Source: a virus
Taxonomy: Duplodnaviria; Caudoviricetes
Strand: one strand, 5' to 3'
Length of the DNA stretch: 56,186 nt
Virus record (IMG/VR): IMGVR_UViG_3300035670_000259
Coordinates: 1 to 56,186 of that record
How positions within the stretch are numbered: the first letter of the stretch is position 1; each line of letters starts with the position of its first letter. The notes beneath the pieces were generated by a model. It ran no database searches. It was not told the origin of the DNA and saw nothing but the letters and a program-made list of their open reading frames with translations. Positions 10,060 through 18,335 of the stretch are shown here, in pieces. The position numbers and the translations under genes were made by a program.

Positions 10060-10389
10060 ATGATTCAAAAGTCTTGGAACGATAAAAAAATAAATAAATT
10101 CTGCAGAGAGAATAAGTACACTCAAGTATTTAACTCTGCCTATAAGGAGTTGTCTGTTCCGGTATACGTAGTTACGAATTATAAAGATCGTAATAATTCT
10201 GAACTACAACGAGTTGTAGAATGGTGCAAAGAGCACTGTCTTTATAGATTTGAAATTTGTCAGTGGCATTTAGGATACGAAAATAATATTTTCCTTAAAT
10301 TTTTCTCTAGACAAGACTATACAAACTATGATAGATTCTATGACAGAACGTTCTTACCGAGAATAGACGTTGAAGTAAGAGCAAAATGA
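10060..10389 (+). CDS. Hypothetical protein
   Basis: 109 aa ORF. Confidence 0.55.
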   Translation: MIQKSWNDKKINKFCRENKYTQVFNSAYKELSVPVYVVTNYKDRNNSELQRVVEWCKEHCLYRFEICQWHLGYENNIFLKFFSRQDYTNYDRFYDRTFLPRIDVEVRAK

Positions 10390-10847
10390 AGTATTTAATT
10401 CTCATTACTGCGCTAATAGCAGCGCCTGCAAAGGCAGAAGAAAGCCAAATACGAGGAACGGTAATTGATCACTATACTTATGTGACAGAGAATATCCCTC
10501 GAACTCGCAAAGAGTGTTCAGAGGTTGAGATTCCTGTGTATGGTGATAGAACTCGTAACGGCAATGCTGCAGAGGGGGCTTTGTTAGGCATGGTTCTTGG
10601 CGGTGTTATCGGTAAAGGTATTACTGGTAAGGACGACGGAGCTGCTGTTGGCGCAGTAATGGGTGGAATTATTGGCGCTGACCAAGGTGCCAAGCCTAAA
10701 ACTGATAGAGTGATTACTGGGTACACAAGAGAGACTCAGTGTTCAGATGTCACTTATAGTGAACAAGTAAAAAAACGTGTGTATGACTATTCTACAATTA
10801 AATTTACTGTAGAAGGTCAACAGTATATTATTGATTTCGTTAAATAA
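10386..10847 (+). CDS. Glycine-zipper 2TM exported protein
   Basis: Signal peptide plus GALLGMVLGGVIG...GAAVGAVMGGIIG. Confidence 0.8.
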   Translation: MKYLILITALIAAPAKAEESQIRGTVIDHYTYVTENIPRTRKECSEVEIPVYGDRTRNGNAAEGALLGMVLGGVIGKGITGKDDGAAVGAVMGGIIGADQGAKPKTDRVITGYTRETQCSDVTYSEQVKKRVYDYSTIKFTVEGQQYIIDFVK

Positions 10848-10850
10848 CGT

Positions 10851-10926
10851 TTCCTGATAGCTCAGTTGGTAGAGCAGCTGACTGTTAATCAGCGGGTCCC
10901 AGGTTCGAGCCCTGGTCAGGGAGCCA
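10851..10926 (+). tRNA. tRNA-Asn(GTT)
   Basis: Full cloverleaf, loop CT-GTT-AA, CCA end. Confidence 0.95.
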
Positions 10927-11133
10927 AAATACACGGTACTGTCTTTGTAATCCGAAGACGGCTAAGTCGCCCTAGGGTCGAGTGGGTAGAGCCATTAACT
11001 ATTATAGAGGCATAAATGCTAATCTGGCTAGCAAGTAATTTAATTTGGTTATCTGCTACAGGAGCATTGATTGCTATAGTTGTTCTTTTATTGCTACTAT
11101 ATGATGCGTATAAAGAATTAAAACACTAATTTT

Positions 11134-11209
11134 TGCGGGGTAGAGAAGCGGCATCTCGTTTGGCTCATAACCAAAAGATCGTGGGTTCGAGTCCCACCCA
11201 TCGCAACCA
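11134..11209 (+). tRNA. tRNA-Met(CAT), fMet-like D arm, bulged A in acceptor stem
   Basis: TTTGG-CTCATAA-CCAAA anticodon arm; GTGGG-TTCGAGT-CCCAC; ACCA end. Confidence 0.85.
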
Positions 11210-11402
11210 AATTAAGAGTGCTAAAGATGCTTACTACTAGACTAGTATACGCTTTAACAGGACTATTAGTTCTGCTCAAGCTTACTGAAGAAATTTCTTG
11301 GTCTTGGTGGGCGGTCTTTAGCGCTCTATTAATTTATGAAGGTTTAGGTTTTATATACGGATTTATGTCCGCATTTAAACGTAGATAAATCTAATCTTTA
11401 CT

Positions 11403-11479
11403 GACTCCGTAGCTCAGCTGGATAGAGCAAGTGCCTTCTAAGCACTGGGTCGAGGGTTCGAGTCCTTCCGGGGTCGCCA
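11403..11479 (+). tRNA. tRNA-Arg(TCT)
   Basis: AGTGC-CTTCTAA-GCACT; CCA end. Confidence 0.95.
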
Positions 11480-11487
11480 ATAATAAC

Positions 11488-11562
11488 GCGGGTGTAACTC
11501 AGAGGTAGAGTGTCAGCCTTCCAAGCTGTTCGTCGTGGGTTCGATTCCCATCGCCCGCTCCA
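11488..11562 (+). tRNA. tRNA-Gly(TCC)
   Basis: CAGC-CTTCCAA-GCTG; GCGGGTG acceptor; TCCA end. Confidence 0.95.
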
Positions 11563-11741
11563 ATTTTATGACCGAGCGTCCCTGTACTGGTCTAGTCACC
11601 TTTATACATCTCGGTCGTCTTATAGTAAAAATTTAGGATAAAACCATGTTAAGCTTGTATAAATTATTCTTTTCTGCCTATATTGGGGATAGGAGTACTC
11701 ATAGAGTACATCACTCCAAGTACGAGGATTTGTGCCAATAA

Positions 11742-12344
11742 ATGACTCCAGAGCCTGTCAACTTCTCAGATTACGTTGCTATTGGACTAACTAAAGTCTT
11801 TCGTTGGTTTGCGGATACTTTCTTTGCTAAGCGTTACGGTCATAGAGCAGTTGTATTAGAAACTGTAGCAGGAGTACCTGGTATGGTTGCAGGCATGTGG
11901 CAGCATCTTCGTAGCTTACGCAAGATGCAACCGGATCAAAGAGGGTGGATTAAAACTCTACTTGAAGAAGCAGAAAATGAACGTATGCATCTTATGATTT
12001 TTATTGAGATTGCTAAACCAAATATATTTGAGCGCGCTTTAGTCATGCTTGCTCAGTTTTTATTCTGGCATTTTTACTTTATTCTTTATGTATTTTTCCC
12101 ACGTACTGCGCATCGTATGATTGGATATTTTGAAAACGAAGCAGTTATAAGTTATACACAATATTTAGAAGAAATCGACGCAGGACGTGTTGAAAACATA
12201 CCAGCACCTCAAATCGCTATTGATTACTACAATTTATCTTCAGATGCCCGTTTACGTGATGTAGTTATTTGCGTAAGAGCAGATGAACAAGGTCATGCAG
12301 ATGTTAATCATAATATGGCCAATACCCTTGATAAAACACTTTAA
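11742..12344 (+). CDS. aox: Alternative oxidase (AOX)
   Basis: LETVAGVPGMV, EEAENERMHL, FENEAVISY, RADEQGH di-iron motifs. Confidence 0.96.
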   Translation: MTPEPVNFSDYVAIGLTKVFRWFADTFFAKRYGHRAVVLETVAGVPGMVAGMWQHLRSLRKMQPDQRGWIKTLLEEAENERMHLMIFIEIAKPNIFERALVMLAQFLFWHFYFILYVFFPRTAHRMIGYFENEAVISYTQYLEEIDAGRVENIPAPQIAIDYYNLSSDARLRDVVICVRADEQGHADVNHNMANTLDKTL

Positions 12345-12357
12345 TAAAGTGTATATA

Positions 12358-12433
12358 GCCGCTATAGCTCATTTGGTAGAGCAGTTGATTAGTAATCATC
12401 AGGTGGGGAGTTCGAATCTCTCTAGCGGCACCA
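12358..12433 (+). tRNA. tRNA-Thr(AGT)
   Basis: GCCGCTA/TAGCGGC acceptor; anticodon loop TT-AGT-AA; ACCA end. Confidence 0.9.
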
Positions 12434-12451
12434 TAATTTAAAGTAATAGAT

Positions 12452-12970
12452 ATGACTCTCAATACAATCCTACATAAAAATAATGAATATCTTAGTTTTC
12501 AAAGTACTGGAAACGCAGCAAGATTTATTATGCCTTTTGCCAAAGAGATAATTGGTGAAAATAAAGTAGGATTTGATATTGGCTGCATGAAGCCAGAATG
12601 GGCATATCCAAACTCTATACTTATAGATTTAGCATTTGACGATCCCTACGATGCTTACAATCTTCCAAAACTAGACTCTCTACCTGACTATATTTTTTCT
12701 TCTCATTGCTTAGAGCATTTACCTGATTGGGTAGGCGCCTTAAACTATTGGGCAGATAATCTAAAGTCTGGTGGTGTTCTATTTCTATACTTGCCGCACG
12801 AGTCTCAATCTTACTGGAGACCTTGGCATAATAGAAAACACTACCACATGTTTAATCCTATGATGCTTAAACTATACTTTGATGAAAACCCTGAGCGCTG
12901 GACTAAAAGCTTTGTGTCTCAAGGGGCAGACTTAAATAATAGTTTCTGTTGTGTAGCGCAAAAAGCTTAA
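12452..12970 (+). CDS. Class I SAM-dependent methyltransferase
   Basis: GFDIGCM; DYIFSSHCLEHL; LKSGGVLFLYLP. Confidence 0.85.
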   Translation: MTLNTILHKNNEYLSFQSTGNAARFIMPFAKEIIGENKVGFDIGCMKPEWAYPNSILIDLAFDDPYDAYNLPKLDSLPDYIFSSHCLEHLPDWVGALNYWADNLKSGGVLFLYLPHESQSYWRPWHNRKHYHMFNPMMLKLYFDENPERWTKSFVSQGADLNNSFCCVAQKA

Positions 12971-13070
12971 GTAAGAGCTACTTAAGCTACTAGCTTTTTT
13001 TCTAAGTGTCTTGCTAGAATACTGTTTTTATGCTATCTTTATTAAAAGATGGAACAGAAAGGTAACTAAC

Positions 13071-13370
13071 ATGTATGCAGTCAAAAAGCTATCTAATAAG
13101 TCTTTTGCAGTTACTAACCTAGAAGATGAGCCTAAAACCTATAATGTTACTAAGAGTACTAAAGGCTTTTATTCTTGTGACTGCATGGGTTATGCTCGTC
13201 AAAAAGATAAGACACAACACAAGCATTGTTTGATGGTAAAAGCTCTTGAAGAGCTAGAAGACTTCGATAGTATGGTACTAGACGAAGACTGGAAGGTAGT
13301 AAGCGCCTATTCTATGAAAGAAGCGCTAGACCAACTAGAGTCATTTATGGATGAAGTAATCAAGGGGTAA
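13071..13370 (+). CDS. SWIM zinc-finger protein
   Basis: YNV...SCDCMGY...HKHC; GAAAGG RBS before ATG 13071. Confidence 0.65.
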   Translation: MYAVKKLSNKSFAVTNLEDEPKTYNVTKSTKGFYSCDCMGYARQKDKTQHKHCLMVKALEELEDFDSMVLDEDWKVVSAYSMKEALDQLESFMDEVIKG

Positions 13371-13373
13371 CTC

Positions 13374-13718
13374 ATGCTGATTAATATTGCTAATCTTGAT
13401 ACAGAGTACGAAGATAAACAATTTATTGTATCTTATCCAGATGCTTGGACAATGGACCGAAGCATGTGTATCATTATTAGTAAGCTGCTTTATGAGCTTG
13501 CTAACTATGTCTCTGACTATCCTGGTGATTATAACTCTCTAGAAGATTGGGTGCATGATATTCATACTCATGCACACTCTCTAAGTGAATATGCTAATAT
13601 TGTCTCTTGTAGAGACGAGATTGAAGAAGCACATATTCTTCAAGACGCAAAGAATGCTTTTAAATTTGTTTCTGGATATCTAGAAGAACTATGGGCGAAT
13701 AATGAATCTGATTTTTGA
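13374..13718 (+). CDS. Conserved phage hypothetical protein
   Basis: DAWTMDRSM...YP...LW motif resembling the core of ORF 50436-51161. Confidence 0.6.
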   Translation: MLINIANLDTEYEDKQFIVSYPDAWTMDRSMCIIISKLLYELANYVSDYPGDYNSLEDWVHDIHTHAHSLSEYANIVSCRDEIEEAHILQDAKNAFKFVSGYLEELWANNESDF

Positions 13719-14415
13719 TGTAGATGGGACTCTAACTCCAGCTAGAGAACAGATTGATAAATACTTCAAAATGGAACTAGAACTTCTAGCTAAGTCAGAG
13801 AATATCTACCTAGCTACAGGAAGTGACTACGCTAAAACAGTTGAGCAGCTTGGACAAGATTTTCTTGAGAATCATGTAGCCTACAGTTTTAATTGTTCTG
13901 GTAACTCTATTTGGAGACAAGGTAAAGAAGTATACAGAAATGACTGGACTCTTTACCCAGAGATTGAAGCGTGGTTAAATAAAAAACTGCAAGAAAGCAA
14001 GTTTCCTATTAGAACAGGTAATCATATTGAGGCTAGACCTGGCATGGTAAATTTTACTATTCTAGGTAGAAATGCAACTATTGCTCAACGTGCAGCCTAT
14101 ATGCAATTTGACTTCGATAACCACGAAAGAACGGCTCTTGCAGAAGAGTTTAATGAAATCTTTTCAGGTCCTTACGAAGTTACTGCTCAAGTTGCAGGTG
14201 CTACTGGTTTTGATATTTATCCTAAAGGAAAAGATAAGAGTCAAATCCTTAACTGGTTTAAAAATATTCCTGTAGTATTTTTTGGGGATGATATGCAGCC
14301 AGGCGGAAACGATTATAGCTTAGCTCAAGCAATTAAAAACAGAAAATTAGAAGGAGACGCTGTATATCCAGTAGAAGCCCCTTTTGATACTCGGTTCAAA
14401 CTATCTTTGCTTTAA
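13702..14415 (+). CDS. HAD-IIB phosphomannomutase (eukaryotic-type PMM)
   Basis: FDVDGTLTPAR, TGSD, RTGNHIEARPGMVNF, FFGDDMQPGGNDY. Confidence 0.9.
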   Translation: MNLIFDVDGTLTPAREQIDKYFKMELELLAKSENIYLATGSDYAKTVEQLGQDFLENHVAYSFNCSGNSIWRQGKEVYRNDWTLYPEIEAWLNKKLQESKFPIRTGNHIEARPGMVNFTILGRNATIAQRAAYMQFDFDNHERTALAEEFNEIFSGPYEVTAQVAGATGFDIYPKGKDKSQILNWFKNIPVVFFGDDMQPGGNDYSLAQAIKNRKLEGDAVYPVEAPFDTRFKLSLL

Positions 14416-14423
14416 CTTTTTTA

Positions 14424-14452
14424 TTGCTAAGTCATAATAGTTTTAGTATATT
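14424..14452 (+). promoter_or_regulatory. Sigma70-type promoter for a non-coding transcript
   Basis: TTGCTA-17-TATATT. Confidence 0.6.
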
Positions 14453-14458
14453 AAATTA

Positions 14459-14666
14459 TACCCTAATACAAAAACAAAAGTTTTATGTATGAGGGGCTGG
14501 TCTGGTAAAGCCAGTAAACAAGAAACTTTACCACTGGTCAAGTTAAACTGTCCTTATCCCGAATAAAAATTGTTTAACCGTTATCCGCAGATGTAGTAAG
14601 TCCGCTATTTTCGGGAGCGGCATGTGGAACAGGAGCGCACTACGCAAAAATGTAGTGCGCTCTTTT
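14459..14666 (+). ncRNA. Unassigned structured small RNA (about 200 nt)
   Basis: No annotated ORF between promoter and terminator; several stems plus potential pseudoknots. Confidence 0.55.
14633..14666 (+). terminator. Intrinsic terminator
   Basis: GAGCGCACTACG-CAAAAA-TGTAGTGCGCTC-TTTT. Confidence 0.8.
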
Positions 14667-14691
14667 AATTTCAATAATATAAGGTCTTTTA

Positions 14692-15282
14692 ATGAGCGCT
14701 GCTTATTCCATTATTCGAAATGCCCATAAAAAGGGTTTAAAGATTCTAGGCGCCGGATGTTATTCAGCCGTATTAGAAACAAAAGACCCTAATACTGTTA
14801 TTAAAGTAGGTGCTGACATATTCGATCCTTATTTGTACTATGCAAAAGAGATTATGTCAAAACAGAATAAGCATTTTCCAAAAATTAAAAAACTCTATAT
14901 TGACAACGAGCACGGTTATTATATAGTTTATCTAGAGAAGCTTTTTGAAATGCAGAGTGCTCAGTTAGTTAAGTATCAAGAGATTTATGACTGGGCTGTA
15001 AAAGAAGAGGCAAAGCCTCAGTGGGTAGATACTACACTTGACGCAGCAGTTAATACTATTGTAGAACTAGCAGACTATCGCAGTTACGCAGAAATTGTGC
15101 AGGCTAAAACTACTGGAGATATTCTTCATGATGCTTGCAGACTAGACCTACACGAGTCTAATGTAATGTGTAGGAATGATGGTACTTTTGTTTTTGCAGA
15201 TCCTTTGTGCAACTATGAAATGTATGATGTACCAGAAGTCGAAGAATGGTTGGACCACGAGCTAGGAGTTACATTTAATTAG
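14692..15282 (+). CDS. Ser/Thr kinase-like protein (T7 gp0.7-like fold)
   Basis: LGAGCYSAV, VIKVG, YLEKL, LDLHESNVM, FADPL. Confidence 0.75.
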   Translation: MSAAYSIIRNAHKKGLKILGAGCYSAVLETKDPNTVIKVGADIFDPYLYYAKEIMSKQNKHFPKIKKLYIDNEHGYYIVYLEKLFEMQSAQLVKYQEIYDWAVKEEAKPQWVDTTLDAAVNTIVELADYRSYAEIVQAKTTGDILHDACRLDLHESNVMCRNDGTFVFADPLCNYEMYDVPEVEEWLDHELGVTFN

Positions 15283-15326
15283 TGCTTGCTCTGTGATCTT
15301 TCATTTGTTATAGTTATTTATACATA

Positions 15327-15411
15327 GCGGGTATGGCGAAATTGGCAGACGCACCAGATTTAGGTTCTGGCGCCGCAAGGCGTGGGGGTTCAAGTCCCTC
15401 TACCCGCACCA
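15327..15411 (+). tRNA. tRNA-Leu(TAG)
   Basis: CCAGA-TTTAGGT-TCTGG; long variable arm; ACCA end. Confidence 0.95.
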
Positions 15412-15426
15412 AAAAAGGCAGTAACT

Positions 15427-15630
15427 ATGTGGACGTTATTTGTTGTAAGTATTGCTTTAGCTAATGGAAATGGGTTAGAGCTTAAATACCGAGAAGTTAA
15501 AAGATTTGAGTCTCAGTGGGCGTGTAATAACGCTGCTGATCGATTAGATCGTAAACTTAAAGATAACGAAGCAACTATCTGCTATCGAACAAGTAACCCT
15601 AAGAAAGTTACCCCTAACGTAACATATTAA
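15427..15630 (+). CDS. Small exported hypothetical protein
   Basis: MWTLFVVS...FES..AC...C pattern; a similar unlisted ORF starts at 37381. Confidence 0.55.
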   Translation: MWTLFVVSIALANGNGLELKYREVKRFESQWACNNAADRLDRKLKDNEATICYRTSNPKKVTPNVTY

Positions 15631-15632
15631 TT

Positions 15633-15709
15633 CGGAGTATAGCGCAGCTTGGTAGCGCGACTGGTTTGGGTCCAGTAGGTCGAGGGTTCGAATCCTTCTA
15701 CTCCGACCA
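15633..15709 (+). tRNA. tRNA-Pro(TGG)
   Basis: CGGAGTA/TACTCCG acceptor; ACTGG-TTTGGGT-CCAGT. Confidence 0.95.
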
Positions 15710-15713
15710 AAGT

Positions 15714-15845
15714 TTATCACTGCTCGTGAATAACGAGGAAAGGCAGAGTTGTAACACACTCGGTAGGTCGAACTTAGATGTGCGCATTTGAGAGAAACTC
15801 TTAGAGCTTCTAGACAGAAGAGGGTTCAAGTCCCTCCAGTGATAA
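15714..15845 (+). ncRNA. tRNA-like multi-arm RNA without CCA
   Basis: Closing stem TTATCACTG/CAGTGATAA abutting a canonical T arm GAGGG-TTCAAGT-CCCTC; several internal hairpins. Confidence 0.55.
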
Positions 15846-16088
15846 TTGAGTCCCCTATAAAATGGGGTCTATCGCCAGACCAGCGCACCGATAAGGCGTG
15901 TAGGCGAGGCTAGTGAGAAGTCTGAAAGCTGTGGAGCCAAACTCACTTTAATAAAAGTCGTGGTCCTCTGAACTAGTCTGTTTAGATTGTTAGAAGACTG
16001 GTTTTTTAGTAAACAATCTATGTCTGCACTGCCCGTCGGTGTAGAAAGAAATCAAATGTCTACTGCGGAGCGGTGGATATAGGGCGGG

Positions 16089-16181
16089 CCAATTAAATAG
16101 GTGCACTGCGATAACTCGTTATACCCACTGGAGTGCACACCAGACGAAAAAAGGGCGGACTCAGTGTACCTTTTTAATTGG
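16089..16181 (+). ncRNA. Long-stem cassette RNA (divergent member of repeated stem family)
   Basis: CCAATTAAAT-AGGTGCACTG...CAGTGTACCT-TTTTAATTGG. Confidence 0.5.
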
Positions 16182-16186
16182 ATTTA

Positions 16187-16261
16187 GCCTCTATAGCACT
16201 ACGGTAGTGCAGCCAGCTCTAAACTGGAAGAAAGCCTGTTCGATTCAGGTTAGAGGCACCA
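16187..16261 (+). tRNA. Amber suppressor tRNA (anticodon CTA)
   Basis: GCCTCTA/TAGAGGC acceptor, GCAC/GTGC D stem, CCAG-CT-CTA-AA-CTGG anticodon arm, GCCTG-TTCGATT-CAGGT T arm, ACCA end. Confidence 0.9.
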
Positions 16262-16373
16262 ACTCTAGATGGAGGATCTTAAATGAAAGAGTTTAACTCG
16301 TAGATATTAAAGCCACCTTAACCTTGACTATTGCTTAATTATACTTTATATTAACATAATCAAGGAGAAAATA

Positions 16374-16844
16374 ATGTCTGTAGAACTTAAAATTAAATCT
16401 AAACACCTTTCCGAAGAAGCTCGTATTATTCGCTTTGAAGAAAAGAAAGTATTCAAGCAGTATGAATGGGCAAAGCGTCAGCACTATGCAACTGGTAGTA
16501 ATGATGAGTATTCTTATTACTCTGATCCTGCGTATAAGACTTGGGAATCTCTAAACCGTCATCGTCGCTGGGATGTGCGTAACGAGAATCGAGCTACCTT
16601 CCTTGCTCGTGCATATCTCGCTGGTAAAGATTACAAGACTATTGAACATAAGTGCAATGATCTTGTTGTGTTGCGCTGCTACATCTTTCCACGTCTTTGT
16701 GAAATGGTTAACAAGTATGGTCCACCGGCTCAGAAACTAAGCAAGAAGTGGAACAGGGAACGTAATCGTTATGAGTATGATCCAGAGCTTTGGAAAGAAT
16801 TTGAAAAAAAGATTGCTTCCTGGCTTGGAATTGTGATAAAATAA
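16374..16844 (+). CDS. Conserved phage hypothetical protein
   Basis: AAGGAG RBS and TTGACT promoter; LKIKSKHLSEEARIIRFEE...RATFLARAYL. Confidence 0.7.
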   Translation: MSVELKIKSKHLSEEARIIRFEEKKVFKQYEWAKRQHYATGSNDEYSYYSDPAYKTWESLNRHRRWDVRNENRATFLARAYLAGKDYKTIEHKCNDLVVLRCYIFPRLCEMVNKYGPPAQKLSKKWNRERNRYEYDPELWKEFEKKIASWLGIVIK

Positions 16845-16880
16845 CTTATGAAGAAAGGTTCTGACTGACGGGTCAGGATC

Positions 16881-17061
16881 GTGGTGCAAGGAAATGCTAC
16901 CCAGTCTAGAGGTAGTAACTTGACTCGTAGCTGTAGTGGCCGCTTATGACTGTCGAGAGGCAGAGATAAGAAAGTTGGGATAACGACCCAAAACGAGGTT
17001 CAGACGTAGGATATTGGTATCTAGCCCGTCTGTTGGAGGTAAACCCAAACCCTCCCCACAC
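16881..17061 (+). ncRNA. Probable manA RNA motif
   Basis: GTGGTGCAAGGAA...CTTGACT...GCTGTAGTGGCCGCT...GGTATCT...GTTGGAGGTAAACCCAAACCCTCCCCAC resembles the manA motif as recalled from aquatic phage tRNA regions; not checked by covariance model. Confidence 0.55.
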
Positions 17062-17062
17062 A

Positions 17063-17144
17063 TTATATTTCGATGGTGCGTTGTTTATGGCCTATGGCAC
17101 GGGGCAGTTGATTTAACTGTTGGCAACGCATCTTCAAAATATAA
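17063..17144 (+). ncRNA. Long-stem cassette RNA (repeated stem family)
   Basis: TTATATTTCGATGGTGCGTTGTT...GGCAACGCATCTTCAAAATATAA. Confidence 0.5.
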
Positions 17145-17152
17145 ATTTTTTG

Positions 17153-17181
17153 TTGCTATGTAACTATTTTTATAGTATATT
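17153..17181 (+). promoter_or_regulatory. Sigma70-type promoter upstream of the large ncRNA
   Basis: TTGCTA-17-TATATT. Confidence 0.6.
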
Positions 17182-17189
17182 CTTTAAAT

Positions 17190-18016
17190 ATTGGGCGGTT
17201 TAGCGTCCATAAGGATAAGTGTAGTGATACACCCAAAGGCAGGATTCCTACAAACTGCCGCCAGCAATGGTTCATCTAAACAAGCCTAGACTAAGGTTGA
17301 CTCGCGCAAGCGAAAGCAACCCCCGTCCGTAGAAAGGCGGTAGGCAGTAAGTTGGTGTTGTAGTCCGAAAGGATAGACTCAGAGCCGGTCGGTGAGAGTT
17401 AAAAGGCTGTGGTGGCCAAGCTGCGACATACCAAACCAACGAATGCTGAAAGTTAATAGGTAGCTACAGAGTCTGAGCCTGCAAGCAAAGGCATGGTAGC
17501 ATCACCAAAGCAGAAGGGTTAGGCCCCAGACGCTTGAAGTGACGTTGAGTATCCCGCAAGGAGAAAGACAGGAGGTGTGTTGTATTCTGTATCTAACAAG
17601 ATATGGAGCAACTGGGGCAGCACATCTTAGTAGGTTACATCGCAAGTCTATCATAAGACAATAGTTTTGGGTACTATAAGCATCTATATACAAAAAGCGA
17701 AAGACTGTCCCGGTACGTTGTGAAAGGTGGTTAATGCCACACTCGCAAGAGAATGTGGTCTACGGATGCCCGCAAGGCTGATGTAGTTGTTCGGAAAGAT
17801 AGCGTAAGAGTTTAGCGACTCTGAACTGCTCGCAAGGCAGACGAAGGATAGAAGGACGAATAACAACGTGCGACGAGAGAACCGCCACTCTCTAAAAAAG
17901 GCACCACTGAGAGATACAGAATGACCGTAACAGGCTTCTGTGGATAATGGTAGAACCATCCTCGCAAGGGATCGGGTAATGACCAAAGGCTCTCATCCCA
18001 AGCTGTAGTCTCAGGC
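17190..18016 (+). ncRNA. Large ornate ncRNA, probably GOLLD RNA (about 830 nt)
   Basis: No plus-strand ORF; many GNRA-capped hairpins (CGCAAG, CGAAAG, CGTAAC); 3' end GTGGATAATGGTAGA...CCAAAGGCTCTCA...AAGCTGTAGTCTCAGGC; size and tRNA-cluster context typical of GOLLD. Confidence 0.75.
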
Positions 18017-18024
18017 TGGGCAAA

Positions 18025-18109
18025 AAACTACTTTTGTAGATACATTGTTTATAGGGCTTGGCCCGCGAGTTCGCCTGTGTGGACGGCAGTGTATCTTCCA
18101 AAATAGTTT
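18025..18109 (+). ncRNA. Long-stem cassette RNA (repeated stem family)
   Basis: AAACTACTTTTGTAGATACATTGTT...GGCAGTGTATCTTCCAAAATAGTTT. Confidence 0.5.
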
Positions 18110-18212
18110 AACCTGGTCCTGTTGGACGGACCCCTGTTGAGGAACGGTGTAAGTCGATTCGCACTCGATACTGCACTAGACCAAGAGATATCAGGGCAAC
18201 AGGACAAAGGTT
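18110..18212 (+). ncRNA. Unassigned hairpin RNA
   Basis: AACCT..GTCCTGTTG pairs with CAACAGGAC..AGGTT; inner CCCTG/CAGGG. Confidence 0.4.
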
Positions 18213-18254
18213 GCTAACCTAAAGAGCCGCGAACTTGGAAGGTTAGATTAGATT

Positions 18255-18329
<75 letters not shown>

Positions 18330-18335
18330 AATCAT

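Noticed and set aside
10930-10995. HDV-like (theta) ribozyme after tRNA-Asn
   Set aside because: Hairpins exist (CTGTCTT/AAGACGG, CCCT/AGGG) but the nested double pseudoknot could not be assembled by eye; needs a motif search.
15854-15939. Extra tRNA-Ile(GAT)-like gene
   Set aside because: Has GCGCACC-GAT-AA-GGCGTG and ends GCCA, but no T loop or pairing acceptor stem.
15714-16090. Two-piece (permuted) alphaproteobacterial tmRNA
   Set aside because: The T arm is followed by CAGTGAT, not an Ala-type TCCACCA acceptor; no G3-U70 pair and no tag reading frame found.
17190-18016. Group I/II intron, RNase P RNA or rRNA fragment
   Set aside because: No interrupted host gene, no group II GTGCG start with domain V, no RNase P GAGGAAAGTCC/AACAGAA P4 pair, no rRNA signatures.
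17502-18101. Minus-strand ORFs across the large ncRNA
   Set aside because: No RBS or motifs, opposite to the uniform plus-strand transcription; shadows of structured RNA.
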